Shown piece after piece: positions 27,940 through 36,761 of a DNA stretch of 64,000 nucleotides. Under the pieces are notes generated by a model, which saw only the letters and a program-made list of their open reading frames with translations, searched no databases and had not been told where the DNA came from. The translations under genes and the position numbers were made by a program. Origin of the DNA: a virus; IMG/VR virus record IMGVR_UViG_3300025018_001404, positions 13,644 through 77,643 of that record. One strand, given 5' to 3'. Numbering within the stretch: the stretch's first letter is position 1; each line of letters starts with the position of its first letter.

Positions 27940-28117
27940 AGCTATACCAGCGACTGATTTTCGAAAGACGTGCGATCTCTTCTCGCGCCTCCTCCATCAG
28001 TCTGTAGTGACAGAGTTCGCGGTGATACTGGATTACAGGTGTGTGAGCACCACAGTTGCAGGCGGCTACACTAGCAGCCTGAAGGCGGCTTAGAAGATTA
28101 TGAGTGTTTCTGTTCAT
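27932..28117 (-). CDS. Hypothetical protein
   Basis: Coupled ORF with CNC..H..CHY. Confidence 0.55.
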   Translation of the reverse strand: MNRNTHNLLSRLQAASVAACNCGAHTPVIQYHRELCHYRLMEEAREEIARLSKISRWYSYD

Positions 28118-28239
28118 GGGAAATCCTTGAAGGTATCTTTCCAAAGCCAGTACATCTGATCGTCACCGACCCAATCCATGAAGAATGAGAAGGCCAGTAG
28201 CGCCAGAAGAAACAGTGTCCATCGTATCGCTACGAGCAT
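28114..28239 (-). CDS. 41-aa membrane peptide
   Basis: MLVAIRWTLFLLALLAFSFFMDW..., overlaps both neighbours. Confidence 0.45.
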   Translation of the reverse strand: MLVAIRWTLFLLALLAFSFFMDWVGDDQMYWLWKDTFKDFP

Positions 28240-30554
28240 TTAGAGTAACCGCAGGACATGCAGGACTCGCAGCCTTCCTGCATCTTCAGTCCAGGCATCG
28301 AGCATTTGGGACACGACTTGCCGACGTATTTCTTCTCTATCGCTTCAACGTGCTGATCCAATGGGATAGTACCACCCGTTAAACTCGGCATATTCGCGTC
28401 GTAGACCGTGTCCATGTGCTCAAGGATGACACTACCGATAGCCGCCAGCAGAGACGGCACGTAGCCTTTTCCCGGCATCCACTGACCGCCCCTGGGGTCG
28501 AACACGGCCATCAGTTCCTCGACAACGAAGTGGATATTGCCGCCTCGACGGAAGATCGCAGAGATCATCCTGGTCAGAGCAATGGTCCAGGCGTAGTGCT
28601 CCATATTCTTGGAGTTGATGAAGATTTCAAAAGGCCTGCGGACGCCGTTCTCGACGATATCCGAGATCGTGATATACATGGCGTGATCGCTGTCAGGCCA
28701 CTTCAACTTGTAAGTCTTGCTGTCGAGTGTTTCGGGCCTTGGCGTTATCCCGTCAGGGATATTATCCGCAGGTTTCGCGGCGATTACGGCCTCTTTTTCC
28801 CGCACGGGATCGGGCGAAACGGTTGTAACTCCGCTGTCACCTCCATCGGCGGCACGTACTTCGGGTTGGCCGACACTGAGAACCGAACCGGTGATGTCAT
28901 TCGGGCGGTAGGTTGTGCAACCCTTGCAACCTGTGTCATAGGCAAGCTGATAGACACTCTTGAATTCCTCAAAATCGATATCCTCGGGAACATTGATCGT
29001 CTTGGAAATCGAGTTATCGACAAACTCCTGTGCCGCTGCCTGCATAAGAACATGCTGGCTAGGTGTCAGGTCCTGAGCCGTGGTGAAGTAGTCAGGCAAC
29101 TCTTGGCCAGGAAACATCTGGCGAAACAGCGCCACAGCATAATCTTCAACCTTCTCTTCGGTCTTGCTACCATCAGGCTGGGTGACCTTGCGGTTGAATT
29201 CGTAGGCAAAGATCGGTTCGATACCAGATGACACGTTTTCAGCGAACAGTGAAATGGTGCCCGTTGGCGCAATCGATGTCAGCAGGGCGTTCCTGATACC
29301 TACATCATTGATCGCTTTTTTCAGTCCGTCAGACAGTCCTGCCGCGTGTCCGCTATGGGCAAACTTGCCCCGTTCGAATAGAGGGAAAGGGCCTTTCTCT
29401 CGCGCCAGATCGATTGACTCGGAGCAGGCAAACCCCTCTATATAACGCATGACCTCGCGGGTGATCTGGATAGCATCTTCGGAGCCGTAGCGGCTGCACA
29501 GCATGGCGAGGGCGTCAGCAAGGCCCGTAACCCCGAGACCGATCCTGCGCTTCGCCTTGGCCTCCGCATCCTGTTCAGGAAGTGGAAACCTGGAGACATC
29601 CACGACGTTATCCATCATTCGAATAGCCACACGGACAGTTTCGTCCAATGCGTCTACATTCAGGCGAGCCTGCTCAGTGAAAGGATCAAGGACGAACTTC
29701 ACCAAATTAATGGAGCCAAGCAAGCAGCAGCCATATGGAGGCAGAGCCTGCTCGCCACAAGGATTGGTGGCTGATATGTGCTCCGCATACCATAGGTTGT
29801 TTCTTTTATTGATCTGATCGATAAAGATAACGCCGGGTTCTGCAAAGGCGTAGGTGGACTCCATAATCTTGTCCCACAGATCACGCGCCTGCACCCAACG
29901 GTAGACCTCACCGTTGAACCGTAGTGGCCACTTCCAGCCTTCCTTAACCGCTTCCATGAAGTCGTCAGTGACCAGGACAGACATGTTGAACATCCGGAGC
30001 CTCAGAGGGTCTCTCTTGGCCGCGATAAAGTCTTCGATGTCGGGATGGTCGCAACGGAGAGTCGCCATCATAGCGCCACGGCGGGTGCCAGCAGACATGA
30101 TCGTGCGGCACATGGAATCCCATACATCCATGAAGGACAGAGGACCACTGGCGTCTGCATCAACGCCCTTTACCCGCGCCCCCTTGGGCCGTAGCGTGGA
30201 GAAGTCGTATCCGATACCACCACCCTGCTGCATAGTGAGAGCAGCTTCCTTGAGCGCCTGGAAGATACCGGGGAGGGAGTCAGGGATGGTGCCCATGACG
30301 AAGCAGTTCATCAGGGTGACATTCCGGCCTGTACCTGCCCCCGCAATGATCCGGCCAGCCGGTAGGAACTTGAAGTCAGACAGAGCGTCGAAGAACTTCA
30401 ATGACCAGTGTTCCCGCATTTCAGGCTTCTCAGCCTGCGCCAGAGCGTTGGCGATCCTGAACCATGTCCCGTCTATGCTCTCCCCCTCGTACCGATACTT
30501 CATGTTCCAGATTTGGTCCGAAATGGCGGGGTAGGGGAGGACGGCTGCGGTCAT
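28230..30554 (-). CDS. nrdJ: Class II (adenosylcobalamin-dependent) ribonucleotide reductase
   Basis: FLPAGRI, NCFV, RRGAMM, TNPCGEQ, IAPTGTIS, ISKTIN, KGCTTYR; C-terminal TSCPD domain and CxxC...CxxC; no beta-subunit gene. Confidence 0.92.
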   Translation of the reverse strand: MTAAVLPYPAISDQIWNMKYRYEGESIDGTWFRIANALAQAEKPEMREHWSLKFFDALSDFKFLPAGRIIAGAGTGRNVTLMNCFVMGTIPDSLPGIFQALKEAALTMQQGGGIGYDFSTLRPKGARVKGVDADASGPLSFMDVWDSMCRTIMSAGTRRGAMMATLRCDHPDIEDFIAAKRDPLRLRMFNMSVLVTDDFMEAVKEGWKWPLRFNGEVYRWVQARDLWDKIMESTYAFAEPGVIFIDQINKRNNLWYAEHISATNPCGEQALPPYGCCLLGSINLVKFVLDPFTEQARLNVDALDETVRVAIRMMDNVVDVSRFPLPEQDAEAKAKRRIGLGVTGLADALAMLCSRYGSEDAIQITREVMRYIEGFACSESIDLAREKGPFPLFERGKFAHSGHAAGLSDGLKKAINDVGIRNALLTSIAPTGTISLFAENVSSGIEPIFAYEFNRKVTQPDGSKTEEKVEDYAVALFRQMFPGQELPDYFTTAQDLTPSQHVLMQAAAQEFVDNSISKTINVPEDIDFEEFKSVYQLAYDTGCKGCTTYRPNDITGSVLSVGQPEVRAADGGDSGVTTVSPDPVREKEAVIAAKPADNIPDGITPRPETLDSKTYKLKWPDSDHAMYITISDIVENGVRRPFEIFINSKNMEHYAWTIALTRMISAIFRRGGNIHFVVEELMAVFDPRGGQWMPGKGYVPSLLAAIGSVILEHMDTVYDANMPSLTGGTIPLDQHVEAIEKKYVGKSCPKCSMPGLKMQEGCESCMSCGYSKCS

Positions 30555-30561
30555 CGTTTTA

Positions 30562-30577
30562 TTGCCTTCTATGTCAA
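30562..30577 (-). promoter_or_regulatory. TTGAC-N6-KGCAA motif abutting the nrdJ start
   Basis: TTGACATAGAAGGCAA; no -10 at 17 bp. Confidence 0.45.
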
Positions 30578-30624
30578 CTGAGTCGGAAACATTAGTCTAC
30601 GTGTCAGCGGGTTATCCGTCTACA

Positions 30625-31056
30625 TCAAAGGTGTATAATCTGCACGGTGTCGTCGGTGTAGATGTCCAGGGTTGCCGCCAGTATGACGGCCATCTCGGCG
30701 GAAACACCCGCAGCCATAGCCCCTTCCGCGTACTTACCACCAGAACCGATAGAAAAGAAGTCCCTATCAGAGTAGTCGTTCCACCACCAATCACTGTCCT
30801 CAGAAGTTGATAATATCCGTCCAGACATATCAACGTGAATTATACCGACATTCTCTACTAATTTATTGTTTTCTTTCAACCAAACTCTATTGTGCGACAG
30901 GACGTTTTCTACAATGTCTGGGTTTATAGAGCCAGATATCCCAAACAATCCTTTATCCGTCTTGAAAATCTTCCTCACTACCCCGTAGTTACCCCACGCA
31001 TTGGTGTACCTGCTGTCCGCAGCCATAATCCCGTCTCGGTATGCAATCGTAGTCAT
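30625..31056 (-). CDS. HslV/proteasome-beta-like Ntn peptidase
   Basis: Starts MTTIAYRDGIMAADS; KIF; SIGSGG.YA.GAM..G.SA..AV..A..LD.YT. Confidence 0.8.
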   Translation of the reverse strand: MTTIAYRDGIMAADSRYTNAWGNYGVVRKIFKTDKGLFGISGSINPDIVENVLSHNRVWLKENNKLVENVGIIHVDMSGRILSTSEDSDWWWNDYSDRDFFSIGSGGKYAEGAMAAGVSAEMAVILAATLDIYTDDTVQIIHL

Positions 31057-31228
31057 CAGACCCTGTCCATCTTGTGCAATTCGCATTTCGACTTCACAGC
31101 CTTGGGATTGAATTCGTACATGCACTTCTGCTGCTCCATGGCCATACGGCTCCCGTCTAGGAAAGCCCCGCACTGCGAGCAGACGTTAATGGTGTCAGCG
31201 AAATCCGCTTCAGAAACCTTGTTCATTT

Positions 31229-31726
31229 TCATTCCTTCACAAATGCTGGGACAGCGTCAGGGTAGGTCTCAATGATCTGCAGGGCCTTGGTGTTCGCGCC
31301 AGACATGAATTCAGACCAATCCTTTACAGATGGTGCCCGGTCATCGACAAAGTTGCCTTCGTACATGCCGTCCCTGAGGACAACAAGGGAAGCGATAGCC
31401 TTGTCGATATGAGAAATCCCGGAGTCAGGATCGATATCCTCGCCTTCGAACCAGGACATCATGTGCCCTGCGGCGGCATCGACGTACACTGAGGCTCTGA
31501 CCCCGGCGACTCGGTAGTTATGGCGTCCATATTTGCGGGCACCCTCGAACATCGCCAATCCGACACCCACAAGCACCCGCAAGGGGACATAGCTGAACCA
31601 GCGGGCTTTCTTGCTGCCTACAGCGTCCTTGGGATTCGTATCCTTGGTAGCGGGGGCATCGAAAGGAATACCGCGATTCTTCATATGTTGCCTGGCCAGA
31701 TCAGCAGTCGGACTTCCCATATTCAA
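31229..31726 (-). CDS. dATP/dGTP diphosphohydrolase domain protein (DUF5664-like)
   Basis: TNPKDAVG.KK...GARKYG.HNYR...Y.DAA..H..W.EGED.DPDSG.SH. Confidence 0.85.
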   Translation of the reverse strand: MNMGSPTADLARQHMKNRGIPFDAPATKDTNPKDAVGSKKARWFSYVPLRVLVGVGLAMFEGARKYGRHNYRVAGVRASVYVDAAAGHMMSWFEGEDIDPDSGISHIDKAIASLVVLRDGMYEGNFVDDRAPSVKDWSEFMSGANTKALQIIETYPDAVPAFVKE

Positions 31727-32199
31727 ACTCCAGGCGTCAAAATAGATGTCACGATATGTGCGGCTTCTTCCAGAGTCGGGACCACGTACCCTGCGATCTC
31801 CGTCATCATGGCGTGGTCATGAATCGACCCTCGTTCCGCGATCATTACGACTGGTTTACGGTAGGCATTAGCCCAGCCGAACTCGATAGCCGTTCCCAGA
31901 CTGGCCCTGTTTACACCGAGAAAGCACGCAACCATGGCATCACAGGTCATCACGTCATTGTGGTCGCGGGTGACGATCCCGGATGCTGACGCCAGCATGT
32001 TTCCTATACTGGCACAATCCAGTTCAGAACTGCCGTGACACTTTACGTGCGCCAGAAACTCTTTTGCCCTCATAGGGCTTACAGGAAGGATATGCTCCGG
32101 TAGCATCGAGGCGAATTCTTCACGCCAACCATGCCGTGCATCACCATACGACAGACCAGCTATGGGACCCGCCAGGTAAATAGTACGGGTAGGGTTCAT
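31723..32199 (-). CDS. Nucleoside 2-deoxyribosyltransferase-like protein
   Basis: IYLAGPI, RD..DV..CD, S.GT..E.GWA...KPV. Confidence 0.85.
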   Translation of the reverse strand: MNPTRTIYLAGPIAGLSYGDARHGWREEFASMLPEHILPVSPMRAKEFLAHVKCHGSSELDCASIGNMLASASGIVTRDHNDVMTCDAMVACFLGVNRASLGTAIEFGWANAYRKPVVMIAERGSIHDHAMMTEIAGYVVPTLEEAAHIVTSILTPGV

Positions 32200-32567
32200 C
32201 TGTCGTCTCCGCTGCCCCGCACGGTGCCTCGGGAGTCTCGCTCAGTTACCTTATCCAGGTTGATCTGGGCGACGTGGCGAAGGTCGGACTGCAGTTCCTG
32301 GGCGGCTGCGGTGAGGTACCACATGACATCGCCAAGTTCTTTCAGCATGGCGACCCGAGCCTCGCTTGAAATCTGGCCGTTGCTATCCCGCAGAATCTTC
32401 TTGACCTTGTCAGCGAATTCTCCAGCCTCTCCCGCGATTCCAAGAGCCGCGTATGAAAGACCTGAAATGCTCCCACGACCAGGATATCCTGGGCCAATGC
32501 CCTCCGCCATACGATAGGTTAAAGCGTGAAATTCATAATCTCCAAATGTCATTATATTTACTGTCAT
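32196..32567 (-). CDS. MazG-like nucleotide pyrophosphohydrolase
   Basis: LGIAGEAGEFADKVKKILRD...KELGDVMWY...G.V.GSGD.R. Confidence 0.9.
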   Translation of the reverse strand: MTVNIMTFGDYEFHALTYRMAEGIGPGYPGRGSISGLSYAALGIAGEAGEFADKVKKILRDSNGQISSEARVAMLKELGDVMWYLTAAAQELQSDLRHVAQINLDKVTERDSRGTVRGSGDDR

Positions 32568-32578
32568 CGTCTCTATCC

Positions 32579-32860
32579 TTAAAAAGTTAACTTCTCAAGT
32601 TCTCGTATCTGCTGCTTCCAGATAGCAATCTTCTTCATCTTGCAGTGTTCGGCGTATCTTCTTGCCAATGACTTGCTCGGCTGCCAATCAGGCTGAACAT
32701 ACGTCTTTGTTTCCATACCTCGTTTGGTCCACGTCCTTATCTTTATTTCGTCCGGTTTAGCGGAGGTGAACCATGCGTCCACCTCCCTAATCCCCTTGGT
32801 CAATACGTGGTTCGTCAGGTACGCCTTGATCCTGCGCCTGACGATTCCATCACGTGGCAT
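32579..32860 (-). CDS. Hypothetical basic protein
   Basis: 93-aa ORF overlapping the upstream gene. Confidence 0.6.
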   Translation of the reverse strand: MPRDGIVRRRIKAYLTNHVLTKGIREVDAWFTSAKPDEIKIRTWTKRGMETKTYVQPDWQPSKSLARRYAEHCKMKKIAIWKQQIRELEKLTF

Positions 32861-33626
32861 CCGCCATTTCTTTCGGTGCTTCGACCGGGAATCCTCGTGA
32901 CCAGTCCCTCAGGAAGTGGGTGTCGTAGATCACATGCATACCCTCTTTGCGGGCTTCATGGATCGTCTTTGTAAGCGGGCCGTCCGTAGGTCCAAACCAG
33001 TTATCGGTCCTGACCACGGCGATATCCTTACGATCCTTGATCGCCTTCACCTGGTCGGGATGGGACAGGCAGATAACTTTTACCGGCGAACCCATTCTCT
33101 CGAATTTCACGGATACCTCACCCATGTCCACATGCTGGCTCAGAATCTCACCGGGGAGTTTGGCGACGGCATTAGGGAAGTTCTTCTTGTTCTGGCAGAT
33201 GATATAGAAGTCGAAGAAACCGTTCAGGGGGTCGCTATCTTGTGTCACGGGTTTCGGCTTCCGACCACGTCTAGGCCGGTCAATCTTGTTCTCGCGGATC
33301 AATTTGATCACGCTGGCCATTTCATCAACGTCTCCCGGCGTATCCGGTACCCTGGAGGGAGGAGCATAGTGAAGCACTTTCTCGTTATCGTCATCATGAG
33401 CCACCTCAGGCTCTGGTACAGCGCCACTGATGCGAACAGGCTGCGGTACCACGGGGTTAGCGGATACTCTTTGGATATAGGTTTGAACCTGACTACAGAT
33501 TTCTGACCAACTGGTTCTGAAATCATCTAGTGAACCAGATTCCAGACTCACCTGCACGGTATGCGCCACTGCTCGTTCCGGGCTGAAGTCCAGCAACAGG
33601 CTTTGATTTATTTTGTTCACCTTCAA
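32850..33626 (-). CDS. Hypothetical protein with AT-hook-like motif; C-terminus paralogous to 33696-34088
   Basis: RPRRGRKPKP; ends DTHFLRDWSRGFP; RBS AAGGAG. Confidence 0.7.
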   Translation of the reverse strand: MKVNKINQSLLLDFSPERAVAHTVQVSLESGSLDDFRTSWSEICSQVQTYIQRVSANPVVPQPVRISGAVPEPEVAHDDDNEKVLHYAPPSRVPDTPGDVDEMASVIKLIRENKIDRPRRGRKPKPVTQDSDPLNGFFDFYIICQNKKNFPNAVAKLPGEILSQHVDMGEVSVKFERMGSPVKVICLSHPDQVKAIKDRKDIAVVRTDNWFGPTDGPLTKTIHEARKEGMHVIYDTHFLRDWSRGFPVEAPKEMADAT

Positions 33627-33658
33627 CTCCTTGGGGTTGGGTCTGCATTAACCCTGGA

Positions 33659-33687
33659 ATTTTACAAAGAGTTGCAACGAGTGTCAA
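33659..33687 (-). promoter_or_regulatory. Early/middle promoter
   Basis: TTGACA-ctcgtTGCAActctttg-TAAAAT (17-bp spacer). Confidence 0.75.
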
Positions 33688-33695
33688 TCAAAAAG

Positions 33696-34088
33696 TTACC
33701 TGTAAGGGAACCCTCTCGACCAGTCGCGGATAAAAGTGTCATCGTCCACGACTGGAACGTCCAGCATCGCCAGAGCATAAGTGATTTCCTGCTTCTTCTC
33801 GTCGGTGAGGTGTCGCATCCCGGCATAAGTCAGGACAACCATGTCACGGTCACGCAGGGAGTCGTAGTCTTGCATCAGCTTGAAGTTGATCGTTCTGCCG
33901 CGTCGATTGAATCGGAACCAACCTTGATGGCGGTCGAAGTCGTAGCACTCGCCTGACAGGGCGCATATCCATGTCTCCATACTCTGGGGATCAGGGCAGA
34001 AGACGTGGACGGTGTCGGTGTCAGCTAGTGGATCGGATAAGGTAACCTTGCTCATTTCTGTCGGCCCCGTAAAAGTCACATTTGCCAT
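33696..34088 (-). CDS. Hypothetical protein, paralog of the C-terminal domain of 32850-33626
   Basis: Start MANVTF after AAGGGG; ends DDTFIRDWSRGFPYR. Confidence 0.7.
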   Translation of the reverse strand: MANVTFTGPTEMSKVTLSDPLADTDTVHVFCPDPQSMETWICALSGECYDFDRHQGWFRFNRRGRTINFKLMQDYDSLRDRDMVVLTYAGMRHLTDEKKQEITYALAMLDVPVVDDDTFIRDWSRGFPYR

Positions 34089-34134
34089 GTCGTAGTCCCC
34101 TTGTGCGTCTATCTGCCCTCTAAGTAGTAACCCA

Positions 34135-34163
34135 AAAATGCCAGTCTTTGCAGCGAGAGTCAA
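34135..34163 (-). promoter_or_regulatory. Early/middle promoter
   Basis: TTGACT-ctcgcTGCAAagactgg-CATTTT. Confidence 0.55.
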
Positions 34164-34249
34164 CGAAAAGTTGTCATAAAGACGATAAATAGGGCTATTT
34201 CTAGAATACCTTGCATCTACAATCACATTAATTCAAATTCGATAGGTAT

Positions 34250-36124
34250 TCAGGCCGCTGTTGCATGTTTGTGCAACAAAGGGTCTGCCCGCCATTTTCC
34301 CGACGTTATGGTCCCGATGAACCTGGCACCAGAAGTGTAGGTGCAAATGTAGGAATGAGACCAAGAACTTGGCCCACGGGTGTAGTCCGGATTGAGGATC
34401 GAGAATGTGCCTGCCTGATAGATTCCGTCCACGATATTGGCGCTGTGGCTGTGCCCGATGTTGGCCTTGCGCCCGGAGCGGGAGAGGTTCCTGGAACTGC
34501 CACGGGAGCCGTTCGGTCCAAGGTCGCCATGGAGTCCACACTCGATTCCTCCCTCGCCATCCCGTGAACATATGACGAACGACTCATCTTCATCAAGGAA
34601 TCGGATGTTTTCAACATCTGCGCCAACGACTTGCAAGCCCTCATGGAGATAATTGCAATCGGGTTTTCCAGTGGTGCGGATCAGTTCGAGAACGCGAGTC
34701 TGCATACGCATCCAGAACTCGGCGTTGACCGGGTCCTTCAGGCCGTTCTGTTCCTTGAGCCAGCGACCGAGATGGTTGTGATGGTTCGAATCGACCACGA
34801 CCGTCTGACACCAGGGCCTGCGGGTATCCGAGAGGAACAGACCGGTGTCGACAAGCTCCTGCTCGACATCCGCCAGACCCCATACATGCTTGTGGAAAAC
34901 GTAGTGCGGGTCCTTGATGTCATGGTGCGAGCGTGACCTGAAATCCAGCACGTCACCCATGAACTGGTATTTCGGCCTCAGCGTATCGAGAATGCCACCG
35001 GGACCAAAGGCGACATCGCTGACCATGGTGTCCAGGTTAGCCACATGGATATCCCCCCACAGAACGGCTTCAACCCAATCGCCTTTCTCTACGATACCGT
35101 TCTTTACCCTTAGGTCAAGGTCATGGATCGTACCGTCGTTGCTGCCCTTCAACTGGCGGCAAAACCAGTCACCATCCGAGTCAACCTCGACCAGCAGCGC
35201 ACCATATACGTGGTGGAACTCAGCCTTCAGGCCTGCCGTCCGCTGGATGTAGTTCCGGAGCGTGATGCAGCCTGTCGTGTAATTGAACTTCGTCGGCTCG
35301 TGTTTTGCCGATGCGACGGACTCCATGGCGATTTTAGGGTGAGGGAAGATACCTGATGCGCGGCCTGTATAGGTCTCGAAGCCTGATAGCGGACGAGCCT
35401 TTGTCGGCAGGATGTTCTGTTCACCGCACCACTCCAAGCCGGTCGCAACCCTGGTACGTTCATCCAGGATGTAATTGTTCAGAGCCGGGTCCCAGGTGAG
35501 GGAGTCACCACCGTACAGCGTCTCGCCTTTCTTGGTGAACTGCGCCTTGTCACCGCGAGCACCTAGTCCAGCCTTCATATAGGTGAAGCGGGAGACGAAA
35601 ACCTCAGCGCCATAGTGCTCGGCCAGCGCCAGTATGTTTTCCCAGAGGCGAGTGTGAATCTTCGTATCGTTCTGGGCACAGGTGAAGATGTAGCGGTTGA
35701 CCTGGCCAGGGAGGGGACGACTGAACTGCCTGACCTTTGGTGGGATTACACGGCCTTCCGTCAGTTTGACCATCTTCTCTTCAGTTGTCTTCGTTGTGGC
35801 CCTAGAGGGAGCCTTTGAGAAATGCCCACCAGCGATGGCATCGTCAAGCATTCTACCCGCTAAGGTATTACCAATCCCCAGAGCGCGCATGACGGCCCGC
35901 ATGGACTTGCCGTTCTCGTCGTAGAGTTTGGCGAAGTGTTCCAAAGAGCAGGGGAAATTCTCAAACTCATGCCCCACCTTGAGCGGGTTCGCTACGCCCG
36001 TCTCTACGGCCTGTCGGTACAACATTTGGACCTTCTTCCGGCTCGTGCCTGTCGCCGCAGCAGCCTTATTCAAACTACCGTACTGTACGCGGCACGCGAC
36101 CGCCTGCTCAGGTGTTGAGATCAT
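34250..36124 (-). CDS. T5 A1-like protein: N-terminal HTHs plus metallophosphoesterase domain
   Basis: YIFTCAQN.T; WGDIH; D.LDF...HH; SNHH; HGD.G.NGSRGS; IGHSHS; GPSSWSHS. Confidence 0.7.
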   Translation of the reverse strand: MISTPEQAVACRVQYGSLNKAAAATGTSRKKVQMLYRQAVETGVANPLKVGHEFENFPCSLEHFAKLYDENGKSMRAVMRALGIGNTLAGRMLDDAIAGGHFSKAPSRATTKTTEEKMVKLTEGRVIPPKVRQFSRPLPGQVNRYIFTCAQNDTKIHTRLWENILALAEHYGAEVFVSRFTYMKAGLGARGDKAQFTKKGETLYGGDSLTWDPALNNYILDERTRVATGLEWCGEQNILPTKARPLSGFETYTGRASGIFPHPKIAMESVASAKHEPTKFNYTTGCITLRNYIQRTAGLKAEFHHVYGALLVEVDSDGDWFCRQLKGSNDGTIHDLDLRVKNGIVEKGDWVEAVLWGDIHVANLDTMVSDVAFGPGGILDTLRPKYQFMGDVLDFRSRSHHDIKDPHYVFHKHVWGLADVEQELVDTGLFLSDTRRPWCQTVVVDSNHHNHLGRWLKEQNGLKDPVNAEFWMRMQTRVLELIRTTGKPDCNYLHEGLQVVGADVENIRFLDEDESFVICSRDGEGGIECGLHGDLGPNGSRGSSRNLSRSGRKANIGHSHSANIVDGIYQAGTFSILNPDYTRGPSSWSHSYICTYTSGARFIGTITSGKWRADPLLHKHATAA

Positions 36125-36612
36125 TTAACTACTCCTAATGACTTGAGTCCCCACCAAGCGATCAATGCTGCCTCAGCAGGACCATCATCTTTGACTCGCT
36201 TGAATTCGTGCGCGTAGTCTGGAAACAACTCAGCGGCTCTGAACCTAGCGTGGTCCTTGGCGGCACCCAATCCTAGATCACCCTTCCATTTGGCAGGTGT
36301 GACGTAGGTTACTGGAATCCCGTATACAGCGAGCAGGCCGCGAGGGACTCCACAGACATACCCGAACTTGTAGGCGCTGCTGATTCCCTGACCTGGCATG
36401 ACTCCTACCTTTTCAAGGAAGGCATGTTCAGCGCCGTAGTACATGAGATTGAAGTCCTGCGCCAATTCCGCGACGTTCAAATCCCGGCCCTTAGCCTTGG
36501 CGGGTACGGCTGGCATCCTGAGAATCATCAGCGACAACTTGCCCGTATCCGGCTCTTTCTCCAGAAAGGCTAGTGCGCCGTCCAAGCCAGGGTCTAAGCC
36601 AATAACTTTCAT
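36121..36612 (-). CDS. RuvC-like Holliday junction resolvase
   Basis: IGLDPGLDGA, LEKVG.MPGQG.SS..FG, VTPAKWK, DDG.AEA.LIA. Confidence 0.85.
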   Translation of the reverse strand: MKVIGLDPGLDGALAFLEKEPDTGKLSLMILRMPAVPAKAKGRDLNVAELAQDFNLMYYGAEHAFLEKVGVMPGQGISSAYKFGYVCGVPRGLLAVYGIPVTYVTPAKWKGDLGLGAAKDHARFRAAELFPDYAHEFKRVKDDGPAEAALIAWWGLKSLGVVK

Positions 36613-36761
36613 CCTAGTACAGCTATGATAAGCGATATAACCGCAAGGCTAATAGCGTGGCCCGGTTTGATGAAATCGCCAGTAAGCGCCTTTATCCCAA
36701 TGCCAACCACAGCAGCAGCCAACAAAACTCCAAAGAATGAAACCGGAGTAGAATGGATCAT
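36609..36761 (-). CDS. 50-aa two-TM peptide
   Basis: ATGA-coupled to both polA and the resolvase gene. Confidence 0.5.
   Translation of the reverse strand: MIHSTPVSFFGVLLAAAVVGIGIKALTGDFIKPGHAISLAVISLIIAVLG

Noticed and set aside
31229-32567. Z-genome or 7-deazaguanine DNA modification pathway
   Set aside because: No PurZ, DpdA, FolE or Que genes are visible in the window.
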